This document shows, piece after piece, positions 49,465 through 58,475 of a stretch of 64,000 nucleotides of DNA. The notes under the pieces are model-generated. The model searched no databases, had not been told where the DNA came from, and saw nothing but the letters and a program-made list of their open reading frames with translations. This DNA is from Euryarchaeota archaeon UBA462 (GTDB lineage Archaea > Thermoplasmatota > Poseidoniia > Poseidoniales > Thalassarchaeaceae). The stretch covers positions 16,243 to 80,242 of the forward strand of contig DAYD01000023.1 of NCBI GenBank assembly GCA_002506755.1, in the 5' to 3' direction. A program made the position numbers and the translations under genes. Every line of letters starts with the position of its first letter. Positions within the stretch are counted from its first letter, which is position 1.

Positions 49465-50502
49465 ATGAAAGCTCGCACCCTTCCTTCAACATACTACACC
49501 GATCATGAGAAGTTCGATAAAATAAGAAAGAGATTTGAGAAATTTTGGCACTATGCCGGACATCTCAGTCAATTATCCGATTGCTCGGCGATCTCTGTTG
49601 ATCACATGGGTGATCTGATCGGCGAACCAATGATGATGACTGACGAAAACGAAACAAGGTGCATATCGAATGTGTGCACCCACAGAGGAATGCTAATCTG
49701 CAATAACAAGTCACGGAAACATACTCTGAGGTGCCCCTACCATGGTCGAACCTTTGCCCTTGACGGATCCTTCAAAGCCATGCCAGAATTTGACGATGTT
49801 ATTGATTTTCCCAGCCCGAAAGACGACCTTGAGTCCTTTCCAACAATGGTTTGGAAGGGATTAGTTTTCGCTGGAATTGACCCATCCGGGATAAGTACAT
49901 GCATTGAAGAGATGCAGAAAAGAGTAGGTTGGATGCCGATTGAGAAATACAAATACGACCCAACCAGAGACAGAAGTTACGAAATAAAGGCAAACTGGGC
50001 ACTTTACGTTGACAATTATCTAGAAGGGTTCCACATACCTTTTGTGCACCAAGATTTGAACACTATCCTCGATTATGAAAATTATCGCACGGAGACTTTT
50101 GATGGCGGTGTTGTACAAATCGGAATCGCAAATAAAGATGAGCAAAAGTTTTCACTACCTGATAATTCTCCCGATTTTGGACTCTCCATAGCCGCATATT
50201 ACTACTGGATTTTTCCAGGATTGATGCTGAACTTCTACCCATGGGGGCTCTCTGTTAACATCATTATACCTATTTCAGTGAACAGGACTCGTATAATCTT
50301 CCAAGGATTTGTAGGAGACCTAGCTATGCTAGGTAAGGGAGCTGGTGGGGACCTGGACAAGGTTGAAGCTGAAGATCAGGAAATTGTTGAGGCTACTCAC
50401 AAGGGAGTCTCCTCTGGATTATATCATAGAGGAAGGTATTCCCCCACTAAAGAGAAGGGTGTCCATCATTTCCACATGATGTTGACTGAGCATACCACTT
50501 GA
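49465..50502 (+). CDS. Rieske [2Fe-2S] non-heme iron oxygenase, alpha-subunit type
   Basis: CTHRGMLI...CPYHGRTF (CxH...CxxH) and the mononuclear iron motif NYLEGFHIPFVH. ATG at 49465; an alternative TTG lies at 49438. Confidence 0.8.
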   Translation: MKARTLPSTYYTDHEKFDKIRKRFEKFWHYAGHLSQLSDCSAISVDHMGDLIGEPMMMTDENETRCISNVCTHRGMLICNNKSRKHTLRCPYHGRTFALDGSFKAMPEFDDVIDFPSPKDDLESFPTMVWKGLVFAGIDPSGISTCIEEMQKRVGWMPIEKYKYDPTRDRSYEIKANWALYVDNYLEGFHIPFVHQDLNTILDYENYRTETFDGGVVQIGIANKDEQKFSLPDNSPDFGLSIAAYYYWIFPGLMLNFYPWGLSVNIIIPISVNRTRIIFQGFVGDLAMLGKGAGGDLDKVEAEDQEIVEATHKGVSSGLYHRGRYSPTKEKGVHHFHMMLTEHTT

Positions 50503-50529
50503 AAACCTACAGGCCCCTGAGCGAGACGC

Positions 50530-52584
50530 ATGTGTCCACATAGAGAGAAGGCCATATCCCTGATGCTAGTTGCAACAATGTTGTTTTCTGGATGTACCGG
50601 GGAATCCGATAACACACAGGTAAATGAATCTGAGACGATGATTGAAGAGGACCTAATTATTGTTGACGACGTCATCGAAGAAGAAACCCAAGAAGAAATC
50701 GAGCAGAAACTTGTCAGCGTACCCGACATAATTGGGTGTGACAATACTAATCCTATACATTGCATGCTTCCTTTCCCTTCACATGCCTTTCTCAGAGAAG
50801 ATGGCTCTACTGAAACCGGTTTCAGAATGAACTACTCTACTAACACAATTCCAGGTTCTGGAATAACCCCTGTGGTTAGTATACCCATCATCAACACAAG
50901 GGATGGTGTTAGCCCCGCAACCCAGATTATGACTTCATTCCATTCAGATCCCGACCTATCCTTAGTCGCAGGGCAATACTCAATTGAGAGAAGCCTAGAG
51001 AGTAACCACAACACCCAGCTACTTAACATGAAAACCGGACTTCTAGAACCACACTGGGTAGAGCTTGATGTTAGATCGGAGCAGGATCAACCGACAATCT
51101 TGCACATCAGGACAATTCAAGCTCTTGATCACAATACCTCATACGGAGTAGCAATCCATGGATTAGTAGACAACACCGGAAATCCAATTGAACCACATGA
51201 TGGATTTGTTGCACTTAGGGATAGCAACCTAACAGATTCGTCGGATATAGAAGCCCAAAGAGAGAATTATGAGGTACTTTTCACCGCGTTAACTTCTCAC
51301 ACTACACTGCAAAGGAAAAACCTCCAAGCTGCTTGGATGTTCCACACCTCATCAACAGAGTCACTCATCGGGGATGTCATCCACATGAGAAATGATGCAA
51401 TGGAAAGGATAGGGCCAGAGGGATTGGGTTGTTCCATAGTCACAAATGATGAGCACTTCAACAACGGGAACCGGACTCATTCACTAATTACTGGAACATA
51501 TACGGCACCACAATACACCAATTCGTTCTATCCTCCAACTCTGATAAATAGAGACGAGCAAGGCACTCCTGAGTTCGTAGAAAATCGGGAAATTCCATTT
51601 TGGTTAATGATTCCAAACTCAGCAATGGAATCTGGAATAGAGGCCCCGCTTACTGTTTGGGGCCATGGATTCTTGGGGGACGGAAATACGTCTGCTCTTT
51701 GGGGTTGGGGAAATGAAAACAATGTCGCGATGATTGGAACAAGTGCGTATGGGTGGTCCTCTGACGACGTTATAAGCATCGAGTATGCTGTTTTGGATAT
51801 AGCCAACTTCCAACACCAGTCAGAGCGTCTTCAGCAGGCAATGGTAAATTTTGCAGTAATGGTTAGAACATTTATGGGGGTCTGTTCAGACCTACCCGAG
51901 TTCTACACGAATGGAACAAAGGTCGTCAATTCATCAAACCCAACATATACGGGTTATTCCAACGGTGGACTTAGAGGGCCGTCAATAATCGGATTGTCAC
52001 CTGATCTCAACAGAGGGGTCCTTTGGGCCGGCGGTTCTGCCTTTTCACATATCATCGAAAGGTGCACTCAGTATGACAGATTCTACCACATTTTCTCAAG
52101 TGATCTAGGCTTCGCAAAGCAGATGGATAGGGCTTTAGTCATGTCTATAGCCCAATATCTCTGGGATCCTGTAGAGACTGACACATTCCTTTACCTCATG
52201 CAGGATGGATACAAGGATGAGGTTGAACCATTCGAACTAATGACACTCTTCTCAATTGGAGATTTGCAAATATCCAATATTTCATCAAGCAGAATGATGA
52301 GAACTGGTGGAATCCCTCTTCTTGATAGCTCAACAATTTCACCATATGGAATTGAAACGGTTTCTGAGGGGCACATTGGATCCGTTGGAGTTTTCTTCTA
52401 TGGGGGATATGAACTTGCACCTGAGGGAAATGAGTATGGTGAAGAGCCTCATCCAGCACACGATGCGATAGGTGGGCTGCGAATAGCTCGTATGATGGCA
52501 TTTGAGTTCCTAACAAATGGTACTGTGATAGATACCTGTCAGGGGGATTGCTCATTTTCACCGGATATCTTGAGCTGGTCTTAG
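50530..52584 (+). CDS. Predicted lipoprotein with an alpha/beta-hydrolase-like C-terminal half
   Basis: Lipobox-like LFSGC after a hydrophobic N-terminus. VWGHGFLGD (HG oxyanion motif) and a GYSNGG nucleophile elbow (GxSxG). Confidence 0.55.
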   Translation: MCPHREKAISLMLVATMLFSGCTGESDNTQVNESETMIEEDLIIVDDVIEEETQEEIEQKLVSVPDIIGCDNTNPIHCMLPFPSHAFLREDGSTETGFRMNYSTNTIPGSGITPVVSIPIINTRDGVSPATQIMTSFHSDPDLSLVAGQYSIERSLESNHNTQLLNMKTGLLEPHWVELDVRSEQDQPTILHIRTIQALDHNTSYGVAIHGLVDNTGNPIEPHDGFVALRDSNLTDSSDIEAQRENYEVLFTALTSHTTLQRKNLQAAWMFHTSSTESLIGDVIHMRNDAMERIGPEGLGCSIVTNDEHFNNGNRTHSLITGTYTAPQYTNSFYPPTLINRDEQGTPEFVENREIPFWLMIPNSAMESGIEAPLTVWGHGFLGDGNTSALWGWGNENNVAMIGTSAYGWSSDDVISIEYAVLDIANFQHQSERLQQAMVNFAVMVRTFMGVCSDLPEFYTNGTKVVNSSNPTYTGYSNGGLRGPSIIGLSPDLNRGVLWAGGSAFSHIIERCTQYDRFYHIFSSDLGFAKQMDRALVMSIAQYLWDPVETDTFLYLMQDGYKDEVEPFELMTLFSIGDLQISNISSSRMMRTGGIPLLDSSTISPYGIETVSEGHIGSVGVFFYGGYELAPEGNEYGEEPHPAHDAIGGLRIARMMAFEFLTNGTVIDTCQGDCSFSPDILSWS

Positions 52585-52590
52585 TATCCC

Positions 52591-53466
52591 TCATCTTTCT
52601 GATTTCTCTCCTGAGCTCCAATCATAAATTCCGGCCCCGGTTTTCTTTCCTAGATCCCCTGCCCTGACTAGATCCTCCAGCATTTGATGTGGGCGATAGG
52701 AGTCATCATCGAAGGCCTCTGCTAAATTGTTCAGGATGTCTCTTCTAACATCAAGACCCACCAAGTCTGATAGCTCAAGAGGGCCCATGGGGTGTCGATA
52801 TCCCAACCTCATTGCAGTATCTATGTCACTAGCAGAGGCCACTCCTTCAGCTAGCATCCTTATTGCTTCATTTCCAAGCACCACTCCCAGTCTACTAGTT
52901 GCGAATCCAGGAGTGTCATCGACTAGAATTGAGGTCTTACCTAGGGCTTCGCCAACTTGTCTAGCAGTAGAGATCACATCATCCGAGACTGTATCGTGAC
53001 GCACGATTTCAAGAAGAGGCATTAGAGGAACTGGGTTGAAGAAGTGCATACCAATGACTCTCTGAGGGTTATCTGTTGCGGATGCAATTTCAGTAATAGA
53101 AAGCGCTGATGTGTTAGTAGCTAAAACAGACTCACTAGGTGCCAACTTATCCAAATCTCTGAATACAGATTTCTTTAGATCTATATTCTCTGGAACCGCC
53201 TCGATAATTAGGTCAACTTCCCTAGAAGCATCGTCGATATCTCCGGACAAAACGAGATTTTCCTCCCAAGACCTAACATCATCAGAGGTGTTCTTCCCTT
53301 TGTCGACTCCTCTTTTCCAGAAATCCAGTATTGATTTCTTACATCTTTCCAGTGATTCTGGATAGGGGTCGTAAATCACGGTCATCCAACCAGCCTGAGC
53401 GCAAATCTGAGAGATGCCAGATCCCATCGCACCTGCGCCAATTATCCCTACTCTACTGATTATCAC
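52591..53466 (-). CDS. 3-hydroxyacyl-CoA dehydrogenase
   Basis: VGIIGAGAMGSGI Rossmann motif, NTSALS, FFNPV. A GTG at 53466 (VIISRVGIIGAG) avoids a 68-nt overlap with the upstream gene. The track ATG is at 53568. Confidence 0.8.
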   Translation of the reverse strand: MIISRVGIIGAGAMGSGISQICAQAGWMTVIYDPYPESLERCKKSILDFWKRGVDKGKNTSDDVRSWEENLVLSGDIDDASREVDLIIEAVPENIDLKKSVFRDLDKLAPSESVLATNTSALSITEIASATDNPQRVIGMHFFNPVPLMPLLEIVRHDTVSDDVISTARQVGEALGKTSILVDDTPGFATSRLGVVLGNEAIRMLAEGVASASDIDTAMRLGYRHPMGPLELSDLVGLDVRRDILNNLAEAFDDDSYRPHQMLEDLVRAGDLGKKTGAGIYDWSSGEKSER

Positions 53467-53500
53467 AGGCCGCCGAGTATAACTCCGGCAATAAGGGGTG

Positions 53501-54064
53501 CTAAGCTTCTCTTCCAAATGCTGCAAGTGCGGACTGGAACAACCTCTGTCGAGGAACATCATGCTCAAGGAAGCATGTGAAAGGTGCCACGTCCTTTAAC
53601 AATTCAATAGATGATATGTAAGCGCCGTACACAAACGGATCTGCATGTTTTACACTAGGGATGATAATTCCAAGTCTGGAAAGTCCCTTCACCGTATCCT
53701 CATCCCAAATAGAGTAGGTGTGGTGTGCAAAGTGCAAGTATGCCGACAAGCGTCTTATGTCAGATCTAGCCTTGTCCGTCAGACTCTCTATTAGTAAAGT
53801 ATCGGGGTACTTAATTGCATACAGGGAGAGAAGTACTTCTCGCTGGGTCTCCTCTCTCCATTTCCTCTCTTCTAAGCCCATCCACTGATCGATATTGTCC
53901 AGCATCTCGGGAGTATATGGCCTATGTACCCGGTAGAGGAGCTCTTCGTAAGCTAAATTGTCTTGGTCCTCTGAGTGGTGATGCTCGTGGAAAAGTTCGG
54001 TTAACCTATCAAAGAACGGCATACATGCTTCTTTGTCAAAAGTTGAGAGCGCGACGTGTTGCAT
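53501..54064 (-). CDS. Hypothetical His/Trp-rich protein (187 aa) in the BoxB-like operon
   Basis: ATG at 54064 is preceded by GGTGAG and lies 12 nt after the upstream stop. No family recognised. Confidence 0.6.
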   Translation of the reverse strand: MQHVALSTFDKEACMPFFDRLTELFHEHHHSEDQDNLAYEELLYRVHRPYTPEMLDNIDQWMGLEERKWREETQREVLLSLYAIKYPDTLLIESLTDKARSDIRRLSAYLHFAHHTYSIWDEDTVKGLSRLGIIIPSVKHADPFVYGAYISSIELLKDVAPFTCFLEHDVPRQRLFQSALAAFGREA

Positions 54065-54076
54065 CTTCTCACCGCG

Positions 54077-55219
54077 CTATTTTCCCTTCCATTCTCTGTA
54101 TTGGATCCAATCTTCTTTCATGTAGACGTTAACGAGTGTTTCCTCGTCTTCATCTGTTGGTAGAACCGTGGCCAGATACTCCTCATAATCATCATCGCTA
54201 CCATCGAAAAGCTCCCCCTCTACGGTATAATTCTTTCCAGCATACTTGCCAATGCCCCTTCTGAACTTATCAGACGGGATGAATAATTCAGGCTCACCTT
54301 CCTTCCTCGCTGAGCTTATTCTCCTCATCTCTTCTCTTAGCTCCTGAAAGTAAAGCTCTCTACTGGCTTCGTTTAATTGCTCCCTATCGGCCCCATCTGA
54401 GGACTCTCGCTCATCATATCTCCCTTTAATTCCGTAAACGTAGGCCCACTGTGCACTTGTGGACTCATCGGTACCAAAGAGGTCCAAGCCAGTACTAACC
54501 CATTTGTTCACATATTTTTGGATCATTGCGCAGGGAATCACTCCTTGCTTAACAACCCTACGTAGTCCGTTTGCACCAGTGCCTAGATGAAAGGACTCCT
54601 CCTTAAGCATGGGTCCCATGCTAGCTGCAAGAGGTTTGAAGGAAGAAGTGCTAAGCATTTTTAGTTGGTACTTCCCATCCCTATCAATGAAATGGGTGAA
54701 CATGAAAAAGTCTAGCCAATGGTCTATTGGCTCATTGAAGGAGCCGAGTATCCTAGTACCTTCTTGTGCGTTTCTTTCCAGTAATTTCGCAGCTTCCCTT
54801 ACTCCCTGTTCTCCAAAAAAGGTGCAAAGCAAGTATGCCATTTGCCACCCATGCCTTTGCTCTTCGCACATGATTCTCAGGGCCGATTTTTTGTCGTATT
54901 CAGTAGGAGCTGTTTCCAAAAGATGGTTCTGCTGCTCGACGCTTGCGAATTCAGTATCACCCTGCACGCTAACCATTGAAATTATTGCATCGGTTATGTT
55001 TTGCTGAGGAATTTGCATTCTACGCTCCCACTTGGGCATCCCCTCAAAGTCTCCAAACTCTATCTCCGCTCCTGCTGTGTCCCAATCGAACTTGATGTCA
55101 AACCTGTAATCCCCTAACCATGAAGGATCGAAGCCAATTCGCGTTTGCCAGTCGTTGAATTCCTCGATCCACGTCTCAAAATTTGTGGGATAGTTTTGTA
55201 CTATGTCCGTCTCTGCCAT
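54077..55219 (-). CDS. BoxB-like di-iron carboxylate oxygenase (benzoyl-CoA 2,3-epoxidase component B family)
   Basis: Two ExxH motifs (MCEEQRH with E120/H123; KEESFH with E208/H211). QGDTEFASVEQQ (E90) and FFMFTHFIDRDGKYQL (D179) are also present. Ligand spacing is 30/59/29, as I recall for BoxB. Confidence 0.6.
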   Translation of the reverse strand: MAETDIVQNYPTNFETWIEEFNDWQTRIGFDPSWLGDYRFDIKFDWDTAGAEIEFGDFEGMPKWERRMQIPQQNITDAIISMVSVQGDTEFASVEQQNHLLETAPTEYDKKSALRIMCEEQRHGWQMAYLLCTFFGEQGVREAAKLLERNAQEGTRILGSFNEPIDHWLDFFMFTHFIDRDGKYQLKMLSTSSFKPLAASMGPMLKEESFHLGTGANGLRRVVKQGVIPCAMIQKYVNKWVSTGLDLFGTDESTSAQWAYVYGIKGRYDERESSDGADREQLNEASRELYFQELREEMRRISSARKEGEPELFIPSDKFRRGIGKYAGKNYTVEGELFDGSDDDYEEYLATVLPTDEDEETLVNVYMKEDWIQYREWKGK

Positions 55220-55279
55220 TGACGTTGCCAGAAATCACGGGTATTTCAGAGATTGCTTCTGGCCGCATCGCAATTAGGG

Positions 55280-56140
55280 CTACCTTCCTTCGAATCTTGC
55301 AGTTTTTTTGTCCACATATGCTTTGATTCCTTCTTTTGCATCTTCGGACTGGAAAAGGTCCGACTGCAACTCCCTTTCCAATGCGAGGTGATACTCAAGA
55401 GGTATCTCTAACCCACTCTGCACGCTCCTTTTGATGTTCCCAATTGCTTTCGAGGCGGCGTAAGGCAGGGAAAATCGACCAGCATAGTCCAAAACATCTT
55501 GCCTGAATTCATCGAGGCTCAAAGAATCGTAAATGTCGTGAACTAAATCCATGTCCTTCGACTCTTCGAAGGAAAACTTCCTACCAGTTACCATAATCTC
55601 CATTGACTTTGCCTTTCCAACTAATCTAGAGAGCCTCGCAGTGCCCCCGGTACCTGCTAGCACGCCCAGTGAAACTTCTGGCAGGCCAACTTGAAAATTT
55701 CCTTTTCTAGCTATTCTAATGTCTGCCGCCATTGCTATCTCTAGCCCTCCGCCTACAGTATGACCGTTAAGAGCTGCAATCACTAATTTCGGTGTTTGCT
55801 CAAGTCTTGATAGCGTCTCATTAGCATGGAGGCAAAAGAAGTATTTGTACCGGGGCGATAGTGTATTGAGGTACTTGATACTAGCTCCGGCCGAGAAAAA
55901 CTTCTCCCCATGCCCAGTGACGATAATAACGGACACTTTGTCGTTGAATCTGGCCTCAAGAATCGCGTCATCAATATCGTGCCACATCTCTCTGGTGTAT
56001 GTGTTAACTGGGGTTTTGTCACCTTCCAGTGGATCTCCAGCAGAATCAGATATCAGCTCAATGATTGCAATCCCATTGTCCGTTTCTCCATAGTTTACAA
56101 GTCCGTTCTTCATGGGCTTAAGCTCTGGCCACGAGGTCAT
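55280..56140 (-). CDS. Enoyl-CoA hydratase/isomerase (crotonase) family
   Basis: FFSAGASIKYL, NGHTVGGGLEIAMAADIR. Confidence 0.75.
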   Translation of the reverse strand: MTSWPELKPMKNGLVNYGETDNGIAIIELISDSAGDPLEGDKTPVNTYTREMWHDIDDAILEARFNDKVSVIIVTGHGEKFFSAGASIKYLNTLSPRYKYFFCLHANETLSRLEQTPKLVIAALNGHTVGGGLEIAMAADIRIARKGNFQVGLPEVSLGVLAGTGGTARLSRLVGKAKSMEIMVTGRKFSFEESKDMDLVHDIYDSLSLDEFRQDVLDYAGRFSLPYAASKAIGNIKRSVQSGLEIPLEYHLALERELQSDLFQSEDAKEGIKAYVDKKTARFEGR

Positions 56141-56191
56141 ATATGTGCGACCGAGTTAAGCCATATCAACCAAACGGATTCAAATTTACGG

Positions 56192-57430
56192 CTAATCCTC
56201 AGACTCAGTGAAAGATAGGCTACCACCACTCTTTTGAATAGATTTCCATTGATTGCCCACTATTTCGGCCTCGAGACTTTGCTCCCAATCATCCCTCTTA
56301 AGCGACTTTCTGAATGGCATCCTGTACACTATCCTTCCATCACCGAGTTTATTCTTTCTTAGCATCCCTATTCTGGTGAGAGGCCATAGAGCTCTACGCA
56401 GAATGCCAGGCTGGTAAAGCCATTTCATGAATGCCAACCCGTCTCCTTTTTTCCTCTGGTCCCTCATCCAGTAATTCGCAACAAGCTTGAATCCTCGATC
56501 TCCAACTCGGTTTAACAGAAATCTGTTTATCGCGCTAGCCTTAACCAAGGGTAAAAGTCGATTTCTAACTTCTCGTTCATAATCACATTCCCCAAGAATT
56601 GACTTTGCTGCCAAGACCCCACTTGTTATGGCATACCTCATTCCAAAACCCCACATGAAGTCTTGCAATCCCCCTGCTTCCCCCACGTAATATCTTCCGT
56701 CGGAGACATATTTTGTCGGAACACCGAAATCTCCCTTCCCACCTACTCTCTTTATCGGCTTTCTATCGAGTTCATAATTTCGTTCATACCAAGCTATTGT
56801 CTCATTCAGATATCTTCCGCTTTTTTTCTGTTTTCTCCACAAGCATGTGCATATGAGTCCAATTCCATCGATTATGATCATGTATGAATATGCGCCCGGT
56901 GCTAGCTTGTCATTGAGCTGGAAAGCTACCAGATTCTGGTGACTTGTCTCGAAGATTTCACCAAATGCCACGGCACTAGATTCCTTTGGGCCAGCAGCTA
57001 CTATATCGCACTCTTCGGGGCTTTTCCTAACGCCATAATGGATTTTCACACCGGATTCTATCGCCATTCTCTTGAACCCTTGGTCTATGGTATGGTCCGC
57101 AGTACCTCTCTCCACTACTCTGAAGGCCACTCCATCCGTCTCCGGTTTGGTAATTACATCATCAGGATGAATCAGGTCCACAATTCCAAAGGAGTCGGAT
57201 TTGAACTCCTTGGAATTTAGACCCCATTCTTCGAGCTCATCAAAAAAGTCCATTTCGCTTGTCCAATTCTCGATTCCTTGAAAGTCTCCATCAAACCTAG
57301 CACCGCTATCATGCCTAACTTCATACACATGAACTTCCCTGTCAGACTTAGCTAGAATTGTAGCTGCTGCAAGTCCAGATAGGCCGGCACCAAGGATATG
57401 GACCTCTTCTCCCATGATACTTCGAAGCAT
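56192..57430 (-). CDS. FAD-dependent oxidoreductase (geranylgeranyl-reductase/monooxygenase-like fold)
   Basis: VHILGAGLSGLAAATILA dinucleotide-binding motif near the N-terminus. ATGs at 57430 and 57415; the track start at 57469 is a TTG. Confidence 0.6.
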   Translation of the reverse strand: MLRSIMGEEVHILGAGLSGLAAATILAKSDREVHVYEVRHDSGARFDGDFQGIENWTSEMDFFDELEEWGLNSKEFKSDSFGIVDLIHPDDVITKPETDGVAFRVVERGTADHTIDQGFKRMAIESGVKIHYGVRKSPEECDIVAAGPKESSAVAFGEIFETSHQNLVAFQLNDKLAPGAYSYMIIIDGIGLICTCLWRKQKKSGRYLNETIAWYERNYELDRKPIKRVGGKGDFGVPTKYVSDGRYYVGEAGGLQDFMWGFGMRYAITSGVLAAKSILGECDYEREVRNRLLPLVKASAINRFLLNRVGDRGFKLVANYWMRDQRKKGDGLAFMKWLYQPGILRRALWPLTRIGMLRKNKLGDGRIVYRMPFRKSLKRDDWEQSLEAEIVGNQWKSIQKSGGSLSFTESED

Positions 57431-57492
57431 GGCATTACCTTCAACGGTTGGGTCCTCCGTCGCTTTCAAGCGTAAAATCCCATACGAGGGTC

Positions 57493-57912
57493 ATGACTGT
57501 CCAGGTTAGGGTCGACGGAAAATCCCTCCAGCCTGAGGAACTAAGGAAACTTGTAGATACAGTAGGATGCGGGAGTGTTGTCTCTTTTGTAGGGCTTACC
57601 AGGGGTTTTGAACAGGGATCTGCAGTCGAGAAGCTAGAGTTTGATGCATGGGAAGAAGAGCTTCCCGGAGTATTGCACAAAATTGCTCTGCAGTCAATAA
57701 CAAGGTTTGGAGTAAAGTGTGTAGTAATAGCTCATAGAACCGGATCCGTTGAACCAGGCGATACAATAGTTTGTATTCACGTTGGATCGAAGCACAGGAA
57801 GGAAGGATTTGCGGCCTGCTCGTGGCTCATTTCTGAACTCAAGAATCAAGCTCCGCTATGGAAGAAGGAGATTAGAGAGGATGGAGAATATTGGAAGTCA
57901 GGTCTTGGATAA
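57493..57912 (+). CDS. moaE: Molybdopterin synthase catalytic subunit
   Basis: VVSFVGLTRG..., IAHRTGSVEPGDTIVCIHVGSKHRKEGF, ELKNQAPLWKKE. ATG at 57493 follows GAGGGT. Confidence 0.8.
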   Translation: MTVQVRVDGKSLQPEELRKLVDTVGCGSVVSFVGLTRGFEQGSAVEKLEFDAWEEELPGVLHKIALQSITRFGVKCVVIAHRTGSVEPGDTIVCIHVGSKHRKEGFAACSWLISELKNQAPLWKKEIREDGEYWKSGLG

Positions 57913-57992
57913 GAAAAATCCTGTAAAAAAACGCTTCTTTGACATCCAAGCCTCTGAATAGTTGGTACTAGCCCCAGAAGACAGGTGAGAAG

Positions 57993-58445
57993 TTGAAAGA
58001 GTCATGGCCAGGAATTGTGGATATAAGCAGCAAGCCTAGAGTGGAAAGGATTGCGACGGCATCTGGGCTAATTGCCCTGTCAAAGAAATCACTAGACGTT
58101 GTTAAGGATGGCGGCTCTCCAAAAGGAGATGTAAGGGAAGCCTGTTCCATCGCGGCAATTCAAGCCGTTAAGGAGACTTCCAGAACTTTGCCCCATTGTC
58201 ATCCAATACCAATCGAGGGTTGCTCGGTCATTTGGGATTTGGGAAGGAATGGACTCAGGTGCACAGTTAAGGTTAGGGCAAACTGGAGTACGGGGGTCGA
58301 GATGGAGGCTTTGAGTGGAGTTAGTGCTGGATTACTTTGCGCATGGGACATGCTCAAGCCAATTGAGAAGGATGAATTCGGCCAATACCCCGAAGTCAGA
58401 ATAGAGGATATCAGGGTCCTTGAGAAAAAGAAGTCCGACCCATAG
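57993..58445 (+). CDS. moaC: Cyclic pyranopterin monophosphate synthase accessory protein
   Basis: IVDISSKPRVERIATASG, KGDVREACSIAAIQAVK, TGVEMEAL. TTG start is preceded by AGGTGAG; there is no in-frame ATG nearby. Confidence 0.8.
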   Translation: MKESWPGIVDISSKPRVERIATASGLIALSKKSLDVVKDGGSPKGDVREACSIAAIQAVKETSRTLPHCHPIPIEGCSVIWDLGRNGLRCTVKVRANWSTGVEMEALSGVSAGLLCAWDMLKPIEKDEFGQYPEVRIEDIRVLEKKKSDP

Positions 58446-58475
58446 GGTTGATTTCCCGAACCCCCTCAGAAGGTC

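Noticed and set aside
55227-55263. Imperfect hairpin (GCCAGAA...TTCTGGC) between the crotonase and BoxB-like genes as a riboswitch or attenuator
   Set aside because: It has only a 7-bp stem with a large loop and no recognisable aptamer motif. It is compatible with chance.
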